A DNA stretch of 64,000 nt from NCBI RefSeq assembly GCF_004010195.1, contig NC_057751.1:12540908-12604907 (forward strand), written 5' to 3'. The DNA comes from Chiloscyllium plagiosum (Eukaryota). Below, piece after piece: positions 25,339 to 37,713 of this stretch (within the stretch, counting starts at the first letter, position 1; each line of letters opens with the position of its first letter). Under the pieces are notes generated by a model. That model worked only from the letters and a program-made list of their open reading frames with translations, had not been told where the DNA came from and did not search any database. The translations under genes were made by a program, and so were the position numbers.

Positions 25339-26249
25339 ATCACCAATGAAAGACTGACTGGGCAAGCCACAGTGAGCACAGCTGAAGACTGTCTGTAAAT
25401 TTTCTCTTTTTTAGTTTTACTCAATAAAGAGCATTGAGAACAAAATCAAAACCAAATTCTGATGTTAGCCTCTCATCTTGTAAGTCAAGTGCTAAAGAAC
25501 CACAAAAAAAGGAGTTGAATGGATGCATGTCAGTAACATGTTAACAAGGTAATCCAGCCACATGTCAGTAACATGTAACCGGGGGATTACACAAATTCTC
25601 CACACAGAGTAAAATGCTTCAAGATGTCTATGACAATACAGGACATGATAGAATTGCAAGTCTTTCTGAATAGGTAATGAATAGGTTAAACTTCAGTGTA
25701 CAATTACATTTGCAACCTACTGCACAACTGAAAGGGGTGTATTTGATTTGTTACTTTCTGAAAATCAAAACCAGACCATGTCTAAAAGATTCCTTTACCT
25801 TCATCTTGTCCCAAATGCTGATATTATTGGGAAGCAGCATGGCCAGCCATGTTTCTCGCAGCAGGGTCATTTTTTTGCATCGTGTCAGCACCCTGGGAGC
25901 TCATCAGACTCCTCTCTAATACCACGGTGAAGAAACAGTGCCCACAAATCAACCTGTCCTGAATGGCATGTTGCTTGCTGTGCGCTAATGATCCAAGTAG
26001 CAACTGAGAGTAACATGAGACTGCAATCACTCCATTCCCCAGCCAATTGAATCAAACCCTGTAACAAACATGGTTTCTGTTCCATGCATATACTAATCAG
26101 GAACAGCAACAAAAGATGATTTCTTTCCTCTTCCCAGGTCTATTGATCCTAAGGCCATTTCTCGATTCCCTACCATGGTCTGAGTTGATTTAAGATTGAA
26201 GTTCTATTGAGAGACCTCATGTATCTGTGTTATTCAAAAACACAAGGGC

Positions 26250-26600
26250 ATCTATACAATCCTGTGGTTATAATAACACAAAAGCATAGCTTTTAGTCCT
26301 TTGTGTCCATGCCAGCTGTTTGAAGAGCTGTCCAGTAAGACCAGATACCCTATTCTATTCTTGTAGCCTTGCAGATACATTTCCAACAAATCAGTTTTCA
26401 ATTCGCTGTTGAAAGCATCAATTCTTTTTACTTCCAGCACACTCATAGCGAGAGAGTTTCTGGTTATTACCACTCACTGCATACAGCAACTCATCCTTGT
26501 ATTCCTCCTCCATCTCTTATCTAAAACCTTTGAATCTGTATTCCCTATATCTTGTAACATCAGTTACTGGGAAAGGTTTTTCTTTGCTGACTTAAATAAA
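26250..26600 (-). mobile_element. Old CR1-type LINE 3' end
   Basis: Minus-strand translation VITRNSLAMSVLEVKRIDAFNSELKTDL...LQGY resembles the CR1 C-terminus (VV..WN.LP..VVEA..I..FK..LD). Confidence 0.5.
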
Positions 26601-27635
26601 ATATGTCAAACTGGACATGATGCTTAGTAATAGCCTTGTGGGATATGGGAAAAATAGTGTTACTTCTGCAATTCCATTTACTTATACAAAGTAAATGAAC
26701 TCACACCATTTGTTTTAACCAAGAGCTGAGTCAACAAGAATGGAAACTATGTGGAAAAAATACATAATTGTTTTTGTATTAGCTAAAATTGCATGCCAGA
26801 ATGAAACGTGACTGCAAAACAATGGTAGATATTGCAGATGAATAGATAAGATACTATGAGGGGAGGAAGTTAAGCTAGATACGCCTGTACAAACAGTAGG
26901 TATAAACATCTGTTTCCCACTTTTACAGAAACACAGGAACAAACCCCAATTAAAAGGGTCATAAGGATCAGGGGAAGGTACAGATGGAGGGAGTAGATAA
27001 TGATGAAGAAAGAATATGCCTAACAATGACCTACAGCGGGATGAGTCAAACAGCCTTGTGAGGCCAGAAATAAGCATTTTGTCACAGACAAGGCCGGATA
27101 AGGCAAGAGATAAGCATGAGTAATGGGTGCTGGTCTTAGGGAAGTGGAAGATGTAAACAGGGGAGGAGCAATGTAAAACAAAAGAAACCAAATTATATAA
27201 ATGTTGTGTATTAATTGAATTTGGGGTGTGTATGTCCCTTGCCTTATAGACACTGGACATCACACCCTCTTGCAAGAGTAAAATAAAGGACACTACTGAT
27301 TCAGATTTTGTCTCGGACTGCAATTATTGAAGTGTGTCAGCTTTGTTTCTCACAGCTTCTAGTTCAACACATAGCTTAAACTAAAACATTGTTTTTTGCC
27401 TGCATATCACCATTTATCAAGAGCACTTTCTTTCACAGTGTCAGTGTCTTGAAGTTATGCTATAAAATCTGACCTAATTGGAAGAAACTCCTTTCTGCAT
27501 TACAACATTGAAGTAACTCTATGAGGCTAGTATCCTGTCACCAAGCCACTCTTTATTTACATGTGCATAGTACTTGACACTGGTCTGGCTTTTTCAGAGC
27601 CAGCTCTCAGAGTGAACAGGAAAGCTCCTGTTCTT

Positions 27636-28190
27636 TATTTTTCTCTTTTTTTTCCTTTTTTTTCTTTTTTTAAAATTTAACCCCCACACTACCACCTAAG
27701 TGCGGTAGTCCTTATTTTTTTCCCCAGCACCCATGGTGTGTGTGTATACGTGTGAGACACAGTGAAAGACACAAAGTGCACAAATCTTTATTCAATTTCC
27801 ACCACCAGGAAGATAGGAAAACACCCGAGTGGCCAGTGACAAGCAGTGCCCTTCACATTGAAGGGCAATGCTGTGTGATCAAAACAGTGAAGGGGAGGGT
27901 AGGGACTAAATCAAAATAGAGTTGGAGGGAGAAATGATGCACTCCACTCCCCGCGGCCCCCACCTCTCCTTGAACAACTCCAGGGTGTTGGTGGACACTG
28001 CGTGCTCCTTCTCCAAGGACACCCGGGCCCTAACGTAATCGCAGAAGAGGGGCAGGCAGTCGGCCCTAACGACCCCCTCCACGGCCCGCTGCCTCGACCT
28101 GTTGCTGGCCAGTTTGGCCAGGCCCAGGAGCAGACCCACGAGGAGGTCTTCAGACCTGCCCTCCCTCCTCCGTACCGGGTGCCCGAAGAT
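27636..28190 (-). mobile_element. Tx1/L1-clade LINE 3' end (ORF2 C-terminus, 3'UTR, poly-A), unit 1
   Basis: LIFGHPVRRREGRSEDLLVGLLLGLAKLA.NRSRQR...YVRARVSLEKEH...F.ERW..* (stop at 27906); T-rich tract on + strand; flanked by CAGGAAGCTCCTGTTCTT repeats. Confidence 0.8.
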
Positions 28191-28208
28191 CAGGAAGCTC
28201 CTGTTCTT

Positions 28209-28514
28209 TTTTTTGTTTTTTGTTTTTTTATTTACTTATTTTTTTTTCAACCCCCACACTACCACCTAAGTGCGGTAGTGCTTATTTTTTTTCCCCGGCA
28301 CCCATGGTGTGTGTGTACAGGTGTGAGACACAGTGAAAGACACAAAGTGCATGAATCTTTATTCAAAGAAGAGGGGCAGGCAGTCGGCCCTAATGACCCC
28401 CTCCACGGCCCGCTGCCTGGACCTGTTGATGGCCAGTTTGGCCAGGCCTAGGAGCAGACCCACGAGGAGGTCTTCAGACCTGCCCTCCCTCCTCCGTACC
28501 GGGTGTCTGAAGAT
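28209..28514 (-). mobile_element. Tx1/L1-clade LINE 3' end, unit 2, internally deleted
   Basis: Same sequence as unit 1 but lacks the part equivalent to 27796-28042. Confidence 0.8.
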
Positions 28515-30341
28515 CAGGAAGCTCCTGTTCTTATCTGTCATCCAGGGCTCCCTGATTGGACCAGATTAACAGCCCCAGTCTAGGAATTAGGCTTTTATGA
28601 AGTCCAACTGGTTGACCTCATTCCAAACACTACAATCATTACCTTTAATATTGTGGTGTGTGCTGAAATGGCAATGAACTTTGATATTTGTTAAGAAGAA
28701 TATCACAAAATTCAGAAGGTTATTCTCTCCATTTTGAGGCTTTTCAGTGGCAGTTTTGCAACTGTAGGTTCCTTCCCCATCTTAACATGTCAACAACATG
28801 TGACTAATTAACCAATCCATCATGCTTGAGTGAACAACTAACATATGATTGGCTGGAAGCACTTACCTTAACGTTTGACAAGGAGTGATTAAGGGCACCC
28901 CTTACTTTAACAACATTTTAATGGATTCAAACAGTCAGGGGCCAAGAGGGCTAGGGTGAGCAGGCCACTATTTAGGAAGTTCATTAAAAATAAATTAATT
29001 AGGCTCCTCTGAGTCATGCAACCACCAGCAAAGTGAAGCTAGTGACTTGGGGCACCCTGCCATTCTCTCTCAGCTGTGAGACTTTTTTTCTGCAAATTGT
29101 TTTAGGACAGTCCATTGATAGTTTTAAAGTTTCTCAAGAATATTGAGTTGTAGTTATCAGCAATGATCCACTGCTCTTGAGGAATACTTTATGAACTTAA
29201 TTACAAAATGCATTAAAGGTTTGTGACAATTTATTGATGTAGCTCATAATCATCACAGTTGATTTGACCTTTCTCCATTTCTTGTGCTTTTCCCTGAATG
29301 TGGGTTAATTCCCATTACATTGCAGTGAATGCACTCAAACACTTCAGAACTTTATTTCCTCATTGATGCACCAACAATAGTTGAGAAACAGTTTGCATTT
29401 ATAAAGTATTCCCTCAGAAAATAGCAATGTTCTGCTAATTAGTTGTCAATTGTGATTGCTCCAAAGTGAGAAAATGTGGGGGTTAGTTTGCACACAGTAG
29501 TACCCGAAGCAGCAAGGCTTCTTTTCACAATGTTGTTGAAGTGATCAATATCTCTTAGTCACTTTCCTTGTCCTATACATGAAGCTTTTCATGAGCCTTG
29601 ACTCAATGACAGTACTGTCACTTTCTCAGTCATCTGGTTGTAGGTTCAAGTCTGACTGCAGGGACTTAAAGCCTATAGTCCAAGTTGAACTTCTGTGTGA
29701 TACTGGTGAGATGGGTCTGTGGGCCGGGGTTTTGTATTGCACAGCTCATCAATCCCATGTGCAACCCCTTGTTTGAAAGAATAGCTAATGGTGCTGCTCT
29801 TTCCTCACAGCCTTTTAATATATTTCAAATATATGCCCAAATCCCTTTTGAAAGCAGCTACTGAATCTTCTTCTACCACTGTTTCGTAAAACAGAAACAC
29901 TGTAACAATAGTTGAGAAATAGAGTGGAAGGTAACTGACACGAGACTGATTTGAATGCTAGCATAGTCATTATTGAAAGATATCTCCCAGATGGTATTGA
30001 TTCTCTTACAAACCCCATCTCTATTTAATCCCTTTACACTCCCAAGTGCTTGCATTACTCAAAATATTATTCTTTTGTTAAAAGTACAGATCAGGAGTCT
30101 TAAATAAGCAAACACAGGAAAATCTCTTTTAAAAAAAAGTCTTGTAAACTTTGTGACATTGCTACTCCAGATGGAATCCATAAAGGTTGTGTTCTTTGTT
30201 ATGCTGCGCCAGAGTATTTACTCCTACATTGGCTTCATCCCCTCCTCTCTTGAAAGTGTCAACTCCTTGATGGGTTACAGGTCCATGTCTGTCAGGGGCT
30301 CTCCAACACTTAATCCAAGAAGCCATTGCTATTGAATGAAG

Positions 30342-30531
30342 TTAAAAATCATGCAACACCAGGTTATAGTCCAGCAGGTTTATTTGGAAGCACTAGCTTT
30401 AAGTTGTCAACCACCTGATGAAGGAGCAGCGCTCTGAAAGATAATGCTTCCAAATAAACCTGTTGGACTATAACCTGGTGTTGCATGATTTTTAACTTTG
30501 TACACCCCAGTCTAACACTGGCACCTCCAAG
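30342..30531. mobile_element. Penelope pLTR-derived fold-back mini-element (family 2) with 12-bp TSD TATTGAATGAAG
   Basis: 62-bp inverted arms 30339-30400 / 30437-30498; TSD 30330-30341 / 30532-30543; homologous to 53234-53320. Confidence 0.88.
30412..30446 (+). ncRNA. Minimal hammerhead motif, degenerate
   Basis: CAC-CTGATGA-A-GGAGC-AGC-GCTCT-GAA-AGAT-A-ATG. Confidence 0.6.
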
Positions 30532-31599
30532 TATTGAATGAAGACAGGCTTTCCAACCACCAAAGCGACAACCTTCAATACTGTCCTGCTGACAAAATCG
30601 ACCCATAAGAATAGCAGTGAATCCAACACCAGCAAAGACTGGGCACAGGCCATCCCACTCATACAGTTGTATGGTTTGGGTACAAACTGATACCAATTTT
30701 AACCTCAACATGTCTGGATGTGTTAAGATGAGATTTACGCCACATAGTTTTAATGATATACAATCAGTACTTTTATTGGCAGCTAATCAGAGATGGTTAT
30801 AGTTAGCGAGGGATGTCTGTAATTAGTTAAATGAGAAAAACTTCATCAATGCCTCGCTTGGAGTGTGTTTTATGCACTTCATAACTGAAGGTATAAAAAT
30901 ATTGTGGACTTATCCTCAGAAGGGACAGACGGTGTTGGCGAATGAATTATAACATCTTCCACTATTATAGCCGTGGAAACACTGAAGTACACCATTAATG
31001 TTGAATGCATTAGAAAAGTAAATAGACAGTAAGCTAAGATAATGGAGGAAGCATTGATTAACATTTCCACAGTGGCAACATTTTATACCTTTGTTGGAGA
31101 AATATTTTTTGTTCACATTGTTATGACTGAGCTATGAGGAGGACTCTGTCTTTCTCCAGTCCCATTATATCACAGGGCACAACATAATTTTAATTGTTTT
31201 ATCCAGACTTCAATATGACTTACCGTATGCTTTCTCTGCATTAGACTTAAAATAGAATGATCCATTAACTAGGCTTCCTTAACAAGCACAAAATTATTGA
31301 TTAATTAAAGGAAAAGCCTTATTCAACAAAGTTGCAAAACTGGTTAACTCATGAGTGTCAAGTGAAATTATGAATGTTTGCTCTTCTAAATAACCCAGAA
31401 CATACATGCACTCAAGGAAAATTCACCTTGGGAAAAACAGTTTCGGTCAGTTGGGTTTAGTTCTTGAAGGAAAGCAGGATACGGTGTGGAATGTTCAGAC
31501 GGCGCTCAATCTGATACGTTGATGCACATAGAGAGGCCACGTGGTACTTGCACTTGCCTCTGGGGTCTTGGCAGATGCAACTGCTCAGGAGACACAGTA

Positions 31600-32842
31600 T
31601 CGTGAGTTTTCTGCTTGGGAAATTGTGTCTCACAAACTTGATTGCATTTTTTGAAGAAGTAACAAACAGGATTGATGAGTTAGAGCAGTGGACATGATCT
31701 TCAGCAAGATATTCAGCAAGGTTCCTCATGATAGCATGATTAGCAATGTAGGATAACATGGAATACAGGGAGAACTAGCGATTTGATTACAGAACTGGCT
31801 CGACGGTAGTAGACAGAGGATGGTGATGGAGGGTTGCTTTTCAGACTGGAGGCCTGTGACCAGTGGTGTGCCACAAGGATCGGTGCTGGGTCCATGGCTT
31901 TTCATCATTTATATAAATGATTTGGATGTGAACATAGGAGGTATGGTTAGTAAGTTTGTAGCTGACACCAAAATTGAATGTGTAATGGACAACGAAGAAG
32001 GTTACCTCAGAGTACAATGGGATCTTGATCAGATTAGCCAATGGACCAAGGAATGGCAGGTGGAGTTTAATGTAGATAAATGTGAGGTGCTGCATTTGGA
32101 AAGGCACATCAGGGTAGGACTTACACCCTTATGGTAAGGTCCTGGGGAATGTTTCTGAACAGAGACTTTGATGTGCAAGTTCATAGTTCCTTGAAAGTGG
32201 AATCACATGGAGATAGGATAGTGAAGAAGGCATTTGGTATGTTTGCCTTTTTGGTCAGTGGGATTTGGGAGGTCATGTTGCAGCTGTATAGGACATTGTT
32301 TGGGCCACTATTGGACTACCGCATGCAATTCTGGTCTCTTTCCTATAGGGAGGATGTTGTGAAACTTGAAAGGTTTCAGAAAAGACTTTTTAAGGATGTT
32401 GCCGGGGTTGGAGGGAAAAGCTAACTAGACTAGGGCTATTTTCTCTGGAGCATCGGAGACTGAGGGGTGACCTGATAAATGTTTATAAAATCAAGAGGGG
32501 CATGGATTGGGTAAATAGTTAAGGTCTTTTTCCTGGGCTGGGGGAGTCAAAAACTAGAGGCTATAAGTTTAAGGTGAGAGGAGAAAATTTGAAAAGCGAC
32601 CTGAGGGGCAACGTTTTCACTGAGAGGGTGGTGCATGTATGGAATGAGCTGCCAGAGTAATTGGTGGACGCTCATAGAATTGCAACATTTAAAAGGCATC
32701 TGGATGGGTAGATGAATAGGAAGAATTTAGAGGGATATGGACCAAATACTGCCAAATGAGACTCGATTTATTTAGGCTATCTTGTCAGCATGGACAAGTT
32801 GGACCAAAGGGTCTGTTTCCATGCTGTATGACTCTATGACTC
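31600..32842 (+). mobile_element. 5'-truncated CR1 LINE (RT core to tail)
   Basis: FSDWRPVTSGVPQGSVLGPWLFIIYINDLD...SKFVADTK; tail GCTGTATGACTCTATGACTC. Confidence 0.93.
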
Positions 32843-34495
32843 GAAATCATCCTGATGCTGTTTGAGAGAGTGATCAGGTTTCCCATCAGGCACAGCAAAA
32901 GACTGGTTCAGAAACAGAAGGGAGATGAATTGTGGAGTCTTTTCCTCAACAGGCTTCTTTCCCAATTGAACATTGAACGACCTCCAAACAAAACAAAAAT
33001 TCACACAAGGCAACCCTAAAACCCTGGAATTGCAGCCGTGGAAGTTTGAAACCTCAGCAAAGCAAGTGGATTTAGCTGTTAGTGTGTGACAACTGCACAT
33101 AAGTGCAGCATTGAGCAAAACTGCAGGGAAGTTCTTCAGCAATTCAAATCCATTCTTTCACATCTATGCTGTCCCATAATTTATCATGCTAAAATTTAAC
33201 ATGTGTGAGCAGACGTTCAGCTTCAGACACGGCACAGATGGAGATGGGAGAACAACATCAAGTTGATTGTCTGCCATGTACATTTGAAAATATTGCACCT
33301 GAACCTACTTCATGCAAATCAAATTGAAACTCCGTAGAATATGAATTTCTCTGATAATGGCATGAGTGAGCTTGTGAAAATTTGGCTGTCTATACTTCTT
33401 TTCAAATGGAAAAAAAAACTGACAGAATGTGCAATCTTGATTCCAGCAGGCAAGTTTTCATCTCCGTTTAATTAAGGCAACAGACATGATCCCTATCCTG
33501 TGACCATTGATTGATTTGATACTTTGGGTTTGCATTGTTTGAAGAAGGGTTTAAATGATATAATTCAGGTTGTTTGAGTCAATGAGTAGTTATGACTTGG
33601 AAGGAGCTGCCGAATCACATGGTGATATGGATTTAATATTCACTTTCAAAAGGAAATTAGATAAATATTCATTAAGTAAGTAAATAATAAACAATTCAAT
33701 GAATAAATGTTGCAGGTTATAGAGAAAGCCCGAAGAGCAAGAGTACCACCAGCTGGGTGTTTCTTTGAAAGAACCAGCTCAGACTTCTGTGATCAAATGG
33801 CCTTTATTTGTGCTGTCCCCATGTACAGGCCAAGTGCAAATAATGAATGCAGCATACAAACTTTGACCAACCCACCCACATACCTCTTCAAGCCCCACAA
33901 GGTAGCAGGGGCCCATTCCAGAGAGGCAGAAAATCACATTTGGTTTCGGCCAGTTCCAAAGAAGAAGATCACTGCATAATTTGATGATTTGTTATGACAA
34001 TGGATCATAACCCCAAATTACATTGGGATATGTTGACCTTTTAACTGTAATTGGTATTTTTAAAAAGAAAGACATATGAGCCAATAGATGGCTGAGAAAG
34101 TAAATTCAGTGGCAGTCTGAAATATTCTCTTAGGATTACACCAACTTCCAAGAGGAACTTTTGACTGCATATTCCAATGTCATTCAAACAATTTGATCTG
34201 TGATTTCTTAAGACTTCCAAGATAATGAGGAGCTGACTACACCTTCTCAACAAATAAACTGACTTTGGGTTTTATCCTAGACTGCAGACAAGGAATGAAT
34301 TGAAAGAAAGGCAGTGATTGCTAGAAGGCGTGTTTGCAGGAATTCACAAGAAATGGGCTTGAAAGCCAATTGTAATCCCTGATCTGTGTGTGGAAGTTTT
34401 ATTGTGCTAATGTGCAAGCTTGAGCTTCAAGTCACACTCTGCTGTTGCATGCTATGAATGCTGAGAATTTACACTGGAAATCCCTGGGTGTGCAG

Positions 34496-35091
34496 GTCAT
34501 AGAGTCATAGAGATGTACAGCACAGAAACAGACCCTTCGGTCCAACCCATCCATGCCGACCAGTTATCCCAATCCAATCTAGTCCCACCTGCCAGCACCC
34601 GGCCCATATCCCTCCAAACCCTTCCTGTTCATATACCCATCCAAATGCCTTTTAAATGTTGCAGTTGTACCAGCCTCCACCACTTCGTCTGGCAGCTCAT
34701 TCCATACACGTACCACCCTCTGCGTGAAAAAGTTGCCCCTGAGGTCCCTTTTATATCTTTCCCCCCTCACCCTAAACCTATGCCTTCTAGTTCTGGACTC
34801 CCCCAACCCAGGGAAAAGACTTTGTCTATTTATCCTATCCATGCCCCTCATAATTTTGTAAACCTCTATAAGGTCACCCCTCAGCCTCCGATGCTCCAGG
34901 GAAAACAGCCCCAACCTGTTCAGACTCTCCCTATGGCTCAAATCCTCCAACCCTGGCAACGTCCTTGTAAATCTTTTCTGAACCCTTTCAAGTTTCACAA
35001 CAATTTTCCGATAGAAAGGAGACCAGAATTGCATGCAATATTTGAACAGTGGACTAACCAATGTCCTGTACAGCCGCAACATGACCTGCCA
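34496..35091 (-). mobile_element. Young CR1 LINE 3' end
   Basis: Uninterrupted ORF2 C-terminus VMLRLYRTLV.P...YC.QFWSP...LERVQKRFTR...RRLRGDLIEVYKI...GAGRWD; GTCATAGA repeats. Confidence 0.95.
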
Positions 35092-36234
35092 TCTCCTAAA
35101 GAAATAAAGTTTTTCTCTCTTTCTCAGTGCTGGAAACAAGCCAAGTCAGTAGACTTGCTGTTAAAGAAAACAGAAAGACTCCTTTCAGCTAACTGCATAA
35201 TCAAGAACCTCAGCACAACAACTCAACTGACCATCTCAGCATTGCAAGAATCACCCATTTTAACAGCAAGAACATTTCACAAAGTATTCATCATGATAAT
35301 CCACAAATTAATACCTTCTTCAACTTTTACTTTTTGGACTACGCTCTCATTTATAATCTGCATGCATGATTGTCATACTTTATAACTTCCCGTCACATTT
35401 AACTCACAAAGAAATTCAACCTTCCTTTAACTCAAGAAGTCTTGTTGAATTATTTTCTTTTAAAGCTTACATTTTAGCTCAGGAAAGGGATCCACCATGG
35501 AGAGGATATTTTATTAAGCAAATTTTGTTGCAGGCAACCAATGGTTGGAGTAAAACAAGGGAGCCAGTTTATCACCTGGGAGTGAACCAATTGTAATGAT
35601 TTGTGGACTCTCCCCTGAGGACCAGTCAGAATAAATGCCAAACATGACGCTAAAGCAAATTGTGTCTGAAATGTTCTCATTGCCTACTTCTCAGCCCACA
35701 ACTGTTTTACTTAACTTTTGTTACTGAACAGAAAATTCATGGGTTAGCTGTGAAGAAAGGAAAAATGGCAGCCAGCGATTTTGAGCTAATGAGAACAATT
35801 TAAAGCTACAAGCAGAAGTTTTGATTCTCCAAGAAATGTTCAGCATGCGGAACTTTGTTAAAAGTGTTTGAAAGAGTCTGAAACAGTTAACATTTGACTT
35901 AGAGCAATAAGTAGCATCCATTATAAAGGTTTCATGAGGACTTTGTGGGAGAGTACTTCAAATTATGTGAGAGACAGATCTAAGGCTCATTAATCCTGAT
36001 GATCTTTGAAGTAATGTAGAGCCTATTCATGCCCCCTTTGAATAATCACAGAGAAGTATAAGACTACATGCTGTTTACTCTACAATCCTCTTCACGTTAA
36101 ACCTGAAGGTGAATATGTTCAAATTCACTAGATCACATAAACCCAGAAAGAAACCACACTCTTAGCAGATACAGATAGCAAACAGGATTTACTGGATGTT
36201 GTGAATGTTGACCCTTTGAAATATTGGAAAGAAA

Positions 36235-36545
36235 GCAGTGTATTTATAGAGCAATTTTCATAACGTAGGACATCCAAAAATACTTTACTGCCAATTATGT
36301 CCACCTTGAGCTGCAGTCACCATTATAACGTGGAAAATGCAGCATCCACTTTATGTCCAGCAAGTTAACGCAGACAGCAATGAGCTACTGATCAGCTAGC
36401 CTGTTTTTGAGATGTAGCTTGAGGGCTTTTCTTCCAAGAGTCGTTGAGATCTATTGCAGCCAGCTGAGGGGACAGACAAAACCTTGGCTTAACATCTTAT
36501 GTGAAAGATGGCATTTCCAAGATAGCAGCATTCCCCAGTACACAG
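36235..36545 (-). mobile_element. SacSINE1/DeuSINE-like SINE
   Basis: TGTATTTATAGAGCAATTTTCATAAC...GGACATCC...GCAGTCACCATTATAACGTGGAAA...AACATCTTATGTGAAAGATGGCATTTCC...GCAGCATTCCCCAGTAC. Confidence 0.55.
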
Positions 36546-37186
36546 TAGGAGTTTCCGAAAGTGCCATCAACTGTGCCTCAGAATGATCAGTAACCTTTGG
36601 CAGATTATTTTCCCCTGTGTCGTATAGCACTAATTTGGTTAGCACCAACAAGACTGTTGTTGTGTGCAAGCCTTCAGTGGAAAATTACCCATCTATAGAC
36701 TGTATTTTTCACACAAAAAGACCAAAAGTGGGGGCTAGTGTGAGAATCAGAAATACTGGTTGTCTCATATTGAGGCAAAGGAGAACATTGGACTTAGCTG
36801 ACTCCAGGTATAACTCACCACATGGCTACCTCACCTGCAGAAGTGCAATGTCAAGATTGACCGTTTGGTGTGAGGTGTCTGTGAATACAGAAGCAGTAAA
36901 ATACTTTGAATTTTCTTAGGATTCTGGGTAATCCAAGATGGAGGACAGGAAAAATTTCTGGCTGTAAGAGCTGCTTCTTTTTTTGAGGTATTGTAGGTGT
37001 TGGAGGTGATTTCCTTGAATTCCAGGAGCAGCAATTACTGTTTTATATGCTGTTGCATTGTTTTGGAACTTTGGAAAAAAAAAGTCAAAACAACAGCAGT
37101 TTTAAAGGGAGAAGAGCAGACAAAGGAAGCACATGGTGAGGACAGTGCAGGAGAGAGAGAGAGAAAGAGAGAAGGTGCACAGTTGC

Positions 37187-37713
37187 TATTGCGTACAGTT
37201 CTGGTCTCCTTCCTATCAGAAAGATGTTGTGAAACTTGAAAGGGTTTGGAAAAGATTTACAAGGATATTGCCAAGGTTGGTGGAACTGAGCTACATGGAG
37301 AGGCTGTTTTCCCTGGAGCGTCGGAGGCTGAGGGGTGACCTTATAGAGTTTATAAAATTATGAGGGCATGGATAGGATAAATAGACAAAGTCTTTTCCCT
37401 GGGGTCAGGGAGTCCAGAACTAGAGGCCACAGGTTTAGGGTGAGAGGAGAAAGGTATAAAAGGGACCTCAGGGGCAACTTTTTCACGCAGAGGGTGGTAC
37501 GTATATGGAATGAGCTGCCAGAGGATGTGGTGGAGGCTGGTACAATTGCAACATTTAAGAGGCATTTGGATGGGTATGTGAATAGGAAGGGTTTGCAGGG
37601 ATATGGGCCGGGTGCTAGCAGGTGGGACTAGGTTGGGTTGGGATATCTGGTCGGCATGGATGGGTTGGACCGAAGGGTCAGTTTCCATGCTGTACATCTC
37701 TATGACTCTATGA
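37187..37713 (+). mobile_element. Young CR1 LINE 3' end
   Basis: YCVQFWSPSYQKDVVKLERV...; near-identical to 3983-4330 and to the reverse complement of 34496-35040; (TCTATGAC)n tail. Confidence 0.95.

Larger units (their letters stand above)
27509..28634 (-). mobile_element. Second solo LTR of the same family, split by the Tx1/L1 insertion (LTR parts 27509-27635 and 28515-28634)
   Basis: Both halves align colinearly with 25105-25338; TG...CA ends; flanks AACAT/ATCAT (4 of 5 match). Confidence 0.75.

Noticed and set aside
26715..27323. 202-aa minus-strand ORF
   Set aside because: Antisense to purine-rich sequence; no recognisable domain
27617..28532. CRISPR-like triple direct repeat
   Set aside because: Eukaryotic context; the spacers are LINE copies and the repeats are target-site duplications
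34513..35385. 290-aa plus-strand ORF
   Set aside because: Antisense frame of a young CR1 3' end running into flank; the same peptide recurs at other copies
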